A program made the translations under genes and the position numbers. The notes under the pieces are model-generated. The model was not told where the DNA came from. It did no database searches and worked only from the letters and a program-made list of their open reading frames with translations. A stretch of 64,000 bases of DNA from the human T2T-CHM13v2.0 reference genome, Homo sapiens: assembly GCF_009914755.1 (NCBI RefSeq), contig NC_060931.1; one strand, given 5' to 3'. Positions 1 through 16,256 of the stretch are shown in pieces; within the stretch, counting starts at the first letter, position 1; each line of letters starts with the position of its first letter.

Positions 1-589
<589 letters not shown>

Positions 590-642
590 CCTACACTTTT
601 CTTAAAGCAAGGTATTCTGTAGCCAAAAAAGAAGCTGAATTA

Positions 643-951
643 GGCCAGGTGTGGTGGCTCACTCCTGTAATCCCATCACTTTGGGAAGCCGAGGCAGGCG
701 GATCACTTGAGGCCACGAGTTTGATTTCAGACTGGCCAACATGGTGAAATCCTGTCTCTACTAAACATACAAAAATTAGTGGGGTGTGGTGATGCATGCC
801 TGTAGTCCCAGCTACTCAGGAGGCTGAGGCAGGAGAATCATTTGAACCTGGGAATCGGAGGTTGCAGTGAGCAGAGATGGTGCAATACACTCCAGCCTGG
901 ATGACAGAGGGAGATTCTATCACCCCTACTTCCCACTTCCGTTCCCAGCCC
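643..951 (+). mobile_element. AluS with atypical C-rich tail
   Basis: Alu dimer; [15 protein letters not shown]. Confidence 0.9.
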
Positions 952-1021
952 AAAAAAGAAGCTACATTAGGAATTGATATTTTTATCTAAAATAAATAAA
1001 CAAAATGGTACTTCAGCAGAT

Positions 1022-1238
1022 GTATTTATTTATTTTTATAATTTTAACTTTCATTTTAGATTCGCATGTGGAGTTCCTTCTACATAGGTATATTGCATGA
1101 TGCTGAGGTTTGGGATACAATTGATCCCATCACCCAGGTAGTGAGCACAGCACTCAATAGATAGTTTTTCAACCTTTGGCCCCCTCGCTCCCCACTCTAG
1201 TAGTCCCTGGTGTCTATCGTTGCCATCTTTATGCCCAT
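1022..1238 (-). mobile_element. 5'-truncated L1 3' end (older L1PA/L1PB type)
   Basis: L1 3'UTR motifs, T-rich tail, TSD TACTTCAGCAGAT at about 1009 and 1238. Confidence 0.85.
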
Positions 1239-2014
1239 ACTTCAGCAGATTTAAATGTAAGTTTTACATGTTAAATCACTCATTAAATATTTTATAAATT
1301 ATTAAATAATACCATGCTTAGGTGTACAGCTTACAACTTGGTATTTACTAAAGGGCTTTAAGCAATGAATGCCAGATTATTCAGGGCACCAAATCAGTGA
1401 ATTTAAGACATGTTGTCTTCTTATAGTGCCTTGGATATAGTAGATACTCAATAAATACTAGGTGATTCAGTTTGAAAAGTCAAAAATCATAGCAGGTATG
1501 CATTACTGATACTAAGATGAGCACACACTTACTGAAAAGATGACCTGGTGGGCTTCAGTTGTTTTGCCTCAACAATCATGTATTAGAATCTCTCCGTCAT
1601 GGGTATTATCAGTCATTGGTGACATACTCGATAGTTTACTTCTAGGCTAGACTCGTTTAAGTCCATAAAAACTTTTTCTTTCCATTCGGATGGCAATTTT
1701 AATTTTAGTTAAATAAATTTTTAATTTTATTTTAATTAATTTTAGCCTTTTATCATAGTTTATGTGTTGGTTTAATTTATTTAATTTTGAAATAATTTGG
1801 TATTTGAGCATACATCGCCTGATTTATTTTAGAACATTGTGAGTCTAATTTCCCACAAGGCTTTTGTCTAGATTAAGGCATATTCCCTAGTTTCAAGGAC
1901 TTCTGGTCTAAGGTAAACACTGATCTCTGCCAGTCATGACTCATAGCCTACTCCTTACTTGGATTGACCTCAATCCAAACTGTCTGAGCGTCCTTGCCCT
2001 TTGCTTCTCCTCTA

Positions 2015-2425
<411 letters not shown>

Positions 2426-2518
2426 CACCTGGCCTAGAAAATCCTAAATACAATGAAGGCAGCTGTCCAGAGAGATCAAGATCCATCAGAGTCATCTGTA
2501 AATGTTAGTGTGTTACAG

Positions 2519-3093
2519 CAGGGGTCCCCAATCCCCAGACCACGGACCAGTACCAATCCATGGCCTGTTAGGAACCGGGCTGCAGAGCAGGAGGTGAGCA
2601 GTGGGTAGGCAAGTGAAGCACGGTAGGAGGTGAGCAGTGGGTAAGCAAGTGAAGCTTCATCTGTATTTACAGCTGCAGCCGCTCTCCATGGCTAGCATTA
2701 CTGCCTAAGCTCTGCCTCCTGTCAGATCAGCGGTGGCATTAGATTCTCAGAAGAGCGCGAACCCAATTGTGAACTGCACATGCGAGAGAGCTGGGTTGCG
2801 TGCTTTTTATGAGAATCTAATGCCTGATGATCTGTCACTGTCTCCCATCATCCCCAGATGGGACCATCTAGTTGCAGGAAAACAAGCTCAGGTCTCCCAC
2901 TGATCCTACATTATGGTGATTTGTATAATTATTTTATTATATGCTACAATGTAATCATAATAGAAATAAAGTACTCAATAAATGTAAAAATGCACTTGAA
3001 TCATCCCAAAACCACTGCCCCACTTCCCCGGTCCGTGGAAAAACTGTCTTCCAGGAAACTGGTCCCTGGTGCCAAAAAGGTTAGGGACTGCTG
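2519..3093 (+). mobile_element. MER1A hAT-Charlie DNA transposon
   Basis: Termini CAGGGGTCCCCAA...TTAGGGACTGCTG, MER1A internal sequence, partial TSD TTACAG. Confidence 0.88.
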
Positions 3094-3810
3094 TTACAGT
3101 AGCTCTCAGCAATCAAATCTTATCTGTTAAACTGCCCTTTCTTTGTAAGAGGGAAGGCTGCTCAGTGAGTCTTAAAATAATTGAAACACCAATGAGGATA
3201 CCAGTGGAATAAAAACAATTTAACAAGGATAAGGTATGACACAGATGTCAGTGAAAAGAAACAAAAGAACATCACACCTGTTTTAAAACTAACCCAGCCA
3301 ACCTATTTTATATATTACCACTCCTTAAAACAAGTTATGGTATGTTCTCATGTTAAATCAACTTAGGTCATAGCTAATAAACTGATTCGCAGCCTACTCA
3401 ATGTGTCAGTTTCACAGCATGCAGAGTATATCATAGCGTTACACATGACCTATTCTATGAAAATATTTCCTAGGTTATTGTCAACTTATGTATTCATTGC
3501 TTTGGTTCTGAGCTCTTATTCCAAGAGGGTTTGTGAAGTGGAATTATAAATTGATTGGAAATAGTCCAGAGAGGAAACTGGAAAGATTGGAAATGGAGGA
3601 ATGAGGGTAGAGGGTTTGGGGTATACAGTAGCTTTCAAGCCTTTATTTATTTCTCTGCCATTTGTAATAATTACCACAAATTTTAAAGCTCATTTAAAAA
3701 CCATAATTATAAAAAATGCATGGATCAACCAAATATCTATAAATAGTACCTCAAGTCTATAAATAGTACCTCAACTTGCCCCCTTTTAGCAAAGCCACAC
3801 TGATGAAGCC

Positions 3811-4291
3811 CATATTAACTTCCTAATGCTGCTGTAACAAATTATCACAAACATAATGATGAAAGAATACAAATTTATTATCTTACAGCTCTGGAAGTCA
3901 AAAGTTTAAAATCCGTCCCTTTGGGCTAAAATCAAAGGTGTCATTCCTTCTACAGTCTCTAGAGAAGAATCTGTTCCTTGTTCTTTTTCCCAGTTCCAGA
4001 AGCTTCTAGATGGCCTGCATTCCTTGGACCTCTGCTTCCTTCATCAAACCTCCATCTCTCTCTGCCTCTGCCATCCTCTTACCCTTATAAGGACCCCTAT
4101 GATCACACTGGGCCCTCACGGATAATCCAATATAATTTTCCCATCTCAAGATTCTTAAACTTAAAAAAAAAAAAAGATTCTTAAACTTAATCACATCTGC
4201 AAAGTCCCTTTTGCCATGTAACGTCACATGTCCACAGGTTCCAGGAAAGAGGATGCAGGCATTTGCAGAAGGCTGTTACTTAGCCTTCCAC
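3811..4291 (-). mobile_element. MLT1 (MaLR) solo LTR
   Basis: TATTAACTTCCTAATGCTGCTGTAACAAATTATCACAAAC...TTAATCACATCTGCAAAGTCCCTTTTGCCATGTAA motifs. Confidence 0.8.
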
Positions 4292-4583
4292 AAAGCCTAT
4301 CTATTTGAATTTTTATTCCATGGAGAAGGCAAGCCAAATTTTTCACAGCTTTGTGCTGAGTAAAAGTTCAATCCAACGTCATCATTATACACAGAAAGAG
4401 CAAAAACTCACATATCTGGCCTTCAAGTCATGTGCGTTTTCCATTGCAACATGCTAACCCTACACTGATGCTGGGCCAGGACTTGGAAGGTGTTTGTCTT
4501 TCTCTCTTGTGCTACCAAATTCCTCTATTGCTGCTATTTCCTTTTGTCCTAGACTAGATTTATTTACTAAAAGCTTATAGTAA

Positions 4584-4894
<311 letters not shown>

Positions 4895-5094
4895 CTAAAT
4901 TCTACTGTCTTAGCATCATTATTCTTTCTACTAAATAATTTTATTTGCCAGCAAGTTAAAACGGCATCGTTAACACTGTAAGTATATGAGCTTTCACAAA
5001 CTATTAAGCCAGTACACTTTTGAATTTTCCTAAAACTATTTCAGACCACTGCTTCTAATGATGGCCGATTTTTTAAAATGAAATGGCATGTCAC

Positions 5095-5245
5095 TTTCAG
5101 TACATTATCTCAGTTAGTCCTCACATTGACTCTATAATGGCAGATATTATTGATACTATCTATTTTTAAAGAAAACTAAAGCTTAAGGAAATTAAGTAAC
5201 TTGTTGAGAGTTAGAATCTGATTCAGAAACTTTTCTTTCTAACAC
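5095..5245 (-). mobile_element. MIR fragment
   Basis: GAAAACTAAAGCTTAAGGAAATTAAGTAACTTG core-like motif. Confidence 0.55.
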
Positions 5246-6290
5246 CAGAGCCTAGAGTGTTGATTGTAGCACCAAGGTCTTCTGTCCACAATTTATTCAG
5301 CAAGATAGCTGATGCAGTCATGGCTCACAGAGTGCACTGGATCAATGTGAGGACCAAACCAAAATTTTGGCAGCAGCTGCATGGTCTCATTAAATTAACC
5401 AGGCACACCCAGAAAATATTCTGTATCCACATCCCTAAAACAAGATTGAACTCAGCTCAAGGTAGGAGTCTGTTTTTCCTTTAGTGTTTACTTACACATA
5501 TAAGTCTTGGGGATTCAGATACTTTTTGTATGGAGAAAATTGCAGAAATATGAGAATTTCAAGCCAAGAAAAATGGAGAAAGCAGCACACTTCTTAGAAA
5601 AAAGCATAGTACTTTGACTGTAACGTCTGTGGAAATATTCTGAAAAGCATCGCCAGTGAAATTGAGCTTGCTGGGCACGTTTTCTTAGTGACTTATACTT
5701 AATTATCAAGGTTCAGTTTAATCCTACTAAATGTTTTTCTTTTTAAACTGTGTGAGTATCTGCTTAAAGAAGATGTTAGTTTACTGAGATTTCAGAAAAG
5801 CCAAAGTTAGACGAACAATTGGGTGTTTAAAACTGTAAATGCATGCATTGACTGCTGCACTGTTAGACTTAGGGAAAGTCTAATAAGCCAGTCTGTGTAT
5901 TTTATATTTAAATGATGGAATGCCATTATTTCTGAGCCAGGTAAAATTTGCTACTGAATGGGGGGTATTTCATCTAATTAACTTTACTACATCACAGTAA
6001 AACAATGCATGGCTGAAATATTTTCTACCCAGTTGAAAGTCAAGAGATTTTAGGAAAATGGTTGAAACTGTTAAATTACCAGAACATTCTGGACAAATGA
6101 AGCAAAAAAAAGGATGGAAGACAGGAAGACAGGCAGGAAGGAAGGAAGGGAGACAGACTGAATATTTGAATACACTCAAACAATTTTTAAAAATGTAATA
6201 CACACTAGTAATCAGCTTAGGACTGGAAGTATAAAATACTCCACCTTCAAATCCTCTGAAAACCTAAAAAAAAAAGTGATACACATTTAA

Positions 6291-6592
<302 letters not shown>

Positions 6593-7009
6593 TACACATG
6601 TAAATTTAAATTCCTAGTCCTACACCCCCAGTTCAGGCAGAATTACACCTAGTCCACATTAGTTTCATAAATTCCTTTAATCTCCAATTTCCTAGAGCTA
6701 TGTCCCCCTGAGAAGAGATGGGTTAGTGAGTAACAAATTAGCCAAAAAAAAGGGGAGGGCAGGGAGCCTGGCTCTCATAAGAGGCCAAAGGAAAAGAGGA
6801 GAAGTGGAAGGTGGTCACCAAGAATCAGAGCATGGTCAACATGGTTCCCAAAGATGCCAAAGAAGAAACTTCCAAAGTAACAAAGAGAAGATAAATGTGT
6901 TCAATTAATAACTCTGGGAAATCCACGTGGATATTGAGAAATGCAGAGAGAACTGTCAAATGGAATGTTTCTATCACTTAGAAGTAGTAACAATAAGATA
7001 ATGTGAAAT

Positions 7010-7285
7010 GCCAGGCGAGGTGGCTCATGCCTGTAATTCCAGCACTTTGGGAGGCCGAGGTGGGCTGATCACTTGAGGTCAGGAGTTCAAGACCAGTCTG
7101 GCCAACATAGTGAAACGCCATCTCTACTAAAAATACAAAAATTAGCTGGGCATGGTGGTGGACGCCTGTACTCCTAAGAACTCGGGAGGCTGAGGCAAGG
7201 GAATCACTTGAACCCGGGAGGCAGAGGTTGCAGTGAGCTGAGACCACACCACTGCACTGGGTCACAGAGCGAGACTCCGTCTCAA
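7010..7285 (+). mobile_element. AluS
   Basis: Alu dimer with tail expanded into a microsatellite. Confidence 0.9.
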
Positions 7286-7296
7286 AATAATAATAA

Positions 7297-7357
<61 letters not shown>

Positions 7358-7374
7358 AAGAAGAAGAAGAAGAA
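7286..7374 (+). repeat. (AAT)n-(GAA)15 compound microsatellite
   Basis: Pure GAA at 7330-7374 following TAA repeats. Confidence 0.95.
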
Positions 7375-7449
7375 ATAAGCTAGAACTATTAAAATAAATT
7401 CATATTTATTGAACACACATATATCAGGCTTAATAAGTGGTTGAGCCTT

Positions 7450-7630
7450 ATAGGCATTAACTTACTGACAAGAAGATACACTCTATTGTTATTCAAATTT
7501 TACCAAATGGAGAAACTCTGCGGCACTGGGTAGTTAAGGAACCTTACCAAGGTCAAATAGCAAGGAAGTGACAGAATGAGGATTCAATGCAGAAAAATCT
7601 GACTCCATAGGCCACACTGAGCTAATTCAT
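7450..7630 (-). mobile_element. MIR fragment
   Basis: TTTTACCAAATGGAGAAACTCTG...CCAAGGTCAAATAGC core. Confidence 0.6.
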
Positions 7631-8207
7631 TGTCTCTCTAAGATGGAATTGGAAACAGTAAGGTACTTTTGAGTTGTACATATAGAAGTAACTTGCTGTT
7701 TGCCTCCTCCTTACATTGCAAAAATACAAAGGTACACAGTTCTTCTTTGGTTATTTTAACGCGAAACTAGATTTTTTTCTGCCTACCTACACTCTGAAAA
7801 AAAATATCTTGTACATAATGCAATTACAGCTTGGAAGCCTTAGGAATACAGCTGCTCCAGCAATAACACATTTTCCCTGTGACTCTTCATTTTTCTCTAC
7901 CTTCCAAAAAACATACTCCAAAGTGTACGGGGAGATTAGACCCTGGCTTCTACACAGATTGTCTCTCACTGTTGAATCATCCCTGCTATCTTTATTTTCA
8001 GGGTATTTATCGAAATTCTTTTGTTCCATTTGCAACCCACTTGCTGATGTATCATTCCTCTCTTTAGTTAAGATTTAAAAAAATCTTGATAGCTTTATCG
8101 TGCTAAAACCAAGGCAGACTTACAAATATTGAAACTGAAAAAAAAAAAGTAGTAACACATGCATTGGGTGAAGTGTTGGCTAAGGTGGAGTCATCAAAAG
8201 TGGTTTG

Positions 8208-8342
8208 GAGCCGTGCACAGCAGTGAGCACCTATAGTCCCAGCTACTCAGGAGGCTGAGGCAAGAGGATTGCTTGAGCACAGGAGTTCAAGGCCAACCTG
8301 GGCAACATAGTGAGACTCCATCTCAAAAAGAAAAAAAAAAAA
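8208..8342 (+). mobile_element. Alu monomer (FLAM-like)
   Basis: About 130 bp monomer with A tail; TSD AAAAGTGGTT. Confidence 0.8.
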
Positions 8343-9319
8343 GTGGTTGCAGTTTGCTTACATATAGTGAGGCTCCTAATCATATGAATGACTTTCTAAA
8401 TATTGTAAAATAAATACAGCTTAGGACTGGAAGTATAAAATACTCCACTTTCAAATCCTCAGAAAACCTAAAAAAAAAGTGTTACACATTAAATTTATTT
8501 ATTTTATTTATTTATTATTTATTTATTATTTATTTATGTATTTATTTTTTGAGACGGAGTTTCGCTCTTGTCATTTACAAGTAATGACATTGTTTTAAAA
8601 TTGGGATGTTTTGTGATGGGCTATAAAATTTTATATATTTTCATATATTACCAGAAGTTCTTATGACATTAGCCTAGACAAAATAAAACCATTTGGAGAG
8701 ACCACTAATAAATTATATCAGAAACCCAGCATAGACAAACCAGCAAGAGAAGTGCAAATATCACGAAATTTTGATCATGCACTTCTGAAATAGAAAGACA
8801 ATACACCATGGTTTTTCTCTTATATCTATTGTATTTCAGGTTGCTCCTTCAATGAAAATTGGAACCTTTGCAGAAAATCCAGTCTATCAGACAAGAGTTA
8901 ACCTTTTCCCACATTATTCTTTTCTATGTAGATTATAGAGCCAAAGATAAAAAACAGTTAGATGTATTCAAGTAAATTCTTCTAAAATGTCTAACATCTT
9001 AGTAGAGCATATAAACTAAGGACCCAACAGCTCACCTCTAGTTCTAAGTCTGGGGTCCACTGAGTGGCATCAAAGAGGTACAGTGATGAGCAAACTTTTA
9101 AGAGAATGTCCATAGCTGGTGTCAGAATCTCAAAAGTTTGTTAATCCAAAAAAGGATGAGAAGCATTGTTCTAGACAAAACAAAACCCTGTCTATAAAAT
9201 CAGTCACTTTATATACAGAATTCATGAGTAGGAGTTTTAAACTGGAGTATGGATGGAACAATTAATGAAGTTCAATAAATGCTAACTTATTTTCTCTCTT
9301 ATAATATACAATAGTTTTA

Positions 9320-9655
<336 letters not shown>

Positions 9656-10072
9656 TTAGTTTCTTTTCGGTGTGTTCTGAATTTCTTATGTACAGTTAAA
9701 AGAAAGAGCTGTTACTTTTTAAAAAGTCTATCTAGCACCATCAGTGAACCCTTTTAGAATGCTATACAAAATGCAACATTTAAATTTGCTTAATAATCAA
9801 GTAACTCTATTTGAAGGAAAAACTAAACTAACCTCTTCCCTCTTGTAATAGTTTTAGACAAAAATAGATAAGATTTAATTCTGGGTAAATACATGTACAC
9901 ATACAGACCAAAGTTTAAGTTATTGTGACACACTTTGAGCATTTTAAAATTATAAAACTATAATGCCTACATATTGTTAAATTTTTAAATAGTTCATTTT
10001 AGAGTCAGGGTAGGATGATGGGGTGATTATTTTTTCAAATGACGACTTTTTTCTTAAAGAAATAACACAAGA

Positions 10073-10416
<344 letters not shown>

Positions 10417-10884
10417 TTACAATTATAAGTTCTCAAATTATGACTGTGATTCATGATCATGTGCAAGGCTTATTTTTACCCCAAATAAATTACTGAACAA
10501 TAAGTAAGCATTCAGTATTTGTTGATTTAATTTTTATTTTTAAACAAAAGCAAAAATATTATTTAAAACATCACTATAAGATAAGCTTGTGTCTACTACA
10601 AGCTGAGGCTGTATTAGAGAAATCGTATTGTCCAAGCTCATCATCCTTTTTCCCTTCTCTCCCCTCAACAACTCAAAGATTGAAGACTTTTTGGTGTTGA
10701 TATGTAAACATTTCTTTCAAGTGCTAATGAATATGTCATTTTGGTATTACAGAACTTCATACTTGCAGAAGAATAACTCAATTATATAGCATTATATACG
10801 AAACTTGACTTAGAAATAATGATTAACTAGATCTGATTTAACTGTTGTATGTTATTTCCCCAATGGCCATAAAATACCAGAAGT

Positions 10885-11198
<314 letters not shown>

Positions 11199-11354
11199 TA
11201 GATCGTTTTTTCTAGCTATCATAGTTTATTCAAATCAAAGTTATTATCTATGGTGGCCATAAATGAATGAATTTGATTTAAAGGTCAATTTTGTAGCTTC
11301 ATGCAGCCAGAGACCAAAATATCTACCTAAATCAGTTAACAAAGTAAAATATAA

Positions 11355-11651
<297 letters not shown>

Positions 11652-12159
11652 TTTAAAATATAAAAATCTTAAGTTTTTTTGGCATTCTGTAGACTCATTG
11701 ATTGATTGAGTTTTTCTTTCTTTGCTTTTTAATCAGTTAAAAGCTTTTTTATCTGTCTTTTCTTGTTTCTACAACTGGTCACAAAGTTACAGCTTTTATA
11801 GAGGTTGCCACAATAAAAGACACTTAGTAGAATTTAAGATTCAGATATGTTCAATTGAATCTATATTTTAGTATCATATGACAATGCAAAATAATATCCA
11901 CTCTTTACTGAAACAATGGGTTGTTCCCGCAAAATTCCTTTGTGAATAACATAAAGTTGCATTTTGCCTACTTACTGTAGTCAATCTAGGACTAATAAAG
12001 GGAAAATGACTTTCCAGTCCCAGTTTAAAGGAACTATGTGGTGCAAAGGCTTGAAGTGAGTTTCTGCTTCCAGAATCAGCACTCTTTTCCCACAGAACAT
12101 ACTGCTTGGCCAGATCTTCTACCTCATTTTGTGGTCAAGGGGACTCTCTTTCTCAAAGC

Positions 12160-13249
<1,090 letters not shown>

Positions 13250-14934
13250 AATAATTTTTAATAGTAAGGAAAATTTATTTTAATATTATGGCGGGGAGGG
13301 GAAAGCAGGTTACAATCTTGCACATGTATGTAAGAAAAAAACCACATAGAAAAAAGATTGTAGGTAACAACACAATTGTTGTGTCTGAGAAGTAGGATTA
13401 AGGTAATTTGTTTTCCCTGCTTCTTCACAATTTCTTATATTTTTCAGTGAGCATGCAATTGTCTCCAAAAAAACTTACTGAAATGGAAAATCTATGGCTT
13501 AGGATGGAGGTGATATGATTAGACAAATTTGTACTTATATATGAATGCTTCCCTTATAATTCACAGAAGCAATTATATTTTTAAAGAAATATTTATTAAC
13601 CCAAACGAGTATCTAATTGGTTTTATAAAACAAAGTAAAATGGAAAGATAAGTAGGGCAATTTGTGGGAGCCTGTACACTATTTAACTTCCCAGGGAGTG
13701 CTACTATCAAGCCAGCCTCCAAAATAAGATTTCCTAAGCTTTCCACTTTCCAGTTTCTCCTGAACCCTCATGGTAATAGCTATATCACCTGGTAAAAGCA
13801 AAATCTAAAGAGTAGAGGTCCTTTGAGCCTGGATCCTTGATACATCTTCTGTTTATGGGTAAAAAAATTCCCTGTATTGTTTTTAAGGATTTATCTGATT
13901 GGTATACATGGGCTGTTAATATTGTTTTCACTTATTCTGTATAAGGTATATGAAGGCAAGATAGAGGAACCTTAGATGCCAGGGTCACTCTCCCTCTCAT
14001 CCTTACTAGCCTGTATTCTGTATACGCTATACAGACTTTTACTCATTACTTCTGGGCATAATCACAATAATTATCAAGAGATAGAAAACTATTAGAAAAA
14101 TTAAACTAATAGCATAAATGAACCAGAAAACAAACTGTTACATAAATACAATAGCTTGTTTCTTGAGGAAAATGGCATGAAAAAATGACTGTTATTACCT
14201 TTATTTCCTAAAGCAATACTTCAACAGGAAAAAAAAGAAACTCTCCTGCAACAGAGAACTTCTTAGCTTCTGATTATTTGGCTACAATTTATGGAATACT
14301 TAGTAAATAAATTTGATACATAAGTACTAGTGTTACAACTTATATATGACTTCCAGAAATACAGGATTCCACATTTTGTACAAGTTAAGTGAGAGCGATT
14401 CAACTAGGGGGTGGCTGTAAAGTACCTGAGGAACAGAATTTGTAAGAGCAAAACTTAATTATAGAGTCTCAACTGCAAAAATATAATAAACAGATATGAG
14501 ATTTTTTTTTTAGATATCTCCTTTTTTACAGCATTAATATTAGAAAGAAAGTGGAGAGGTTGATCAGCAATCATCGGCATAACATTTTTTTCTTGGAAGC
14601 TAGGTAAATGTAGGTTTTTCATAAGGTAGAGTAGTACTAGTGTTCTAAATGTATAAGGATAGTCCAGAATGAAGCCAAATGAGTTGAAAAAAAAAAGAAA
14701 AGCAAAAGAATAATAGGAAAATAAAATTTATATTTTCACCCTCCAGGTAACAAGCAAATCTTAATGTCCTGTATTATAACAAGTAAACCCTCTTTATGTC
14801 CTGTATGCCCCTTTTAAAATAGTACAGAATGCTACTACAAGCTTTCGTGAACAGTCACAGGCTACTTTGTTTTTACATAATCCTTTTTTTTTTTAGGTTT
14901 GTCCTTATAGATACGTAAAATTTATTTTTTAAAA

Positions 14935-15112
14935 AGAAGCAAAAATGAAAAATCAGCATGTTTAGTTAAATTTGGATTTTAAAAAACCAACTAATCATGT
15001 TTAGAATAATATGACTCAAATATTGCATGAAGCATATTTATATTAAAAAATGATTTATTGTTTATTTGAAATTCAAATTTTACTGAATATCCTGTATTTT
15101 ATCTGGCAATGC
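14935..15112. mobile_element. MER53-like palindromic hAT element
   Basis: AGTTAAATTTGGATTT...CAAATATTGCATG...GAAATTCAAATTTTACTGAATATCCTGTATTTTATCTGGCAA. Confidence 0.65.
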
Positions 15113-15274
15113 CAGGTATAGTGAGAATGTATTTTAAATAAAGAATATTTTCTTTTTTGATGAAATGCCTTACAATCTTACTTAAATAAGATAAAAATAT
15201 ATGCAAATATATTACTCCATGGAGTATAGAAGATACATTTATCTAAACTTGACAACAAAACTATTGAGTTTTAA

Positions 15275-15550
<276 letters not shown>

Positions 15551-16109
15551 AAGTTTTAAAGGTTTCTATACTCTGACAAACTCAGTTTCTTAGCAAAAGT
15601 GATCCTAAAGTTTAAGTTTTAAAATACGGGGGGAAATTAATTTAATTAGATTATTTATTTATATTTTTGTAGTAACTACATTAAAGAAAATAATAATGAT
15701 TAAGTCATTTTAAATTATAGGATAAAAAATAGGTATAAGTGACAAATAGAATATTACTATTTTGGATAATTTGAAGTGAAAATATGGACCATTTAAAATT
15801 TAATCTGATGCTTCCATACACAAAATAAAAATGCAAAATGAAACTAAATATGTTTTCTTAGATTTTAGTTAACCATGAAAGAAACAAAACTTCATTATAA
15901 GAAACTATATCTTAAAGACATATCTGTGAAGAAAAGCTTTCTACTTAACTTAATAATTTAGTACATAGTCTGTCTTGGAGGCAAATCCCAGGTGATCATA
16001 AGAAGCTGAAAAAAAAAATGGTCAGCAGTTTTCTAAACTACAACCTACCACTGACTGATAGGTGATGCATTTTTTTTTTGCCTTTATTTCTTCATTAAAA
16101 AAACTCAAC

Positions 16110-16256
16110 TATATCAACATTGATTTCTTACATTTGACAAGCATACCATCATAATGTAAGATGTTAACAATAGGAAAACCACAGGAAATCTCTATATTAT
16201 TTTTACAACTTTTCGGTAAATCTAAAATTATTCCAAAATAAAAAGTTTACTTAAAA
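16110..16256 (+). mobile_element. L1M 3' end fragment
   Basis: ATGTAAGATGTTAACAATAGG...TAAATCTAAAATTATTCCAAAATAAAAAGTT. Confidence 0.7.
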
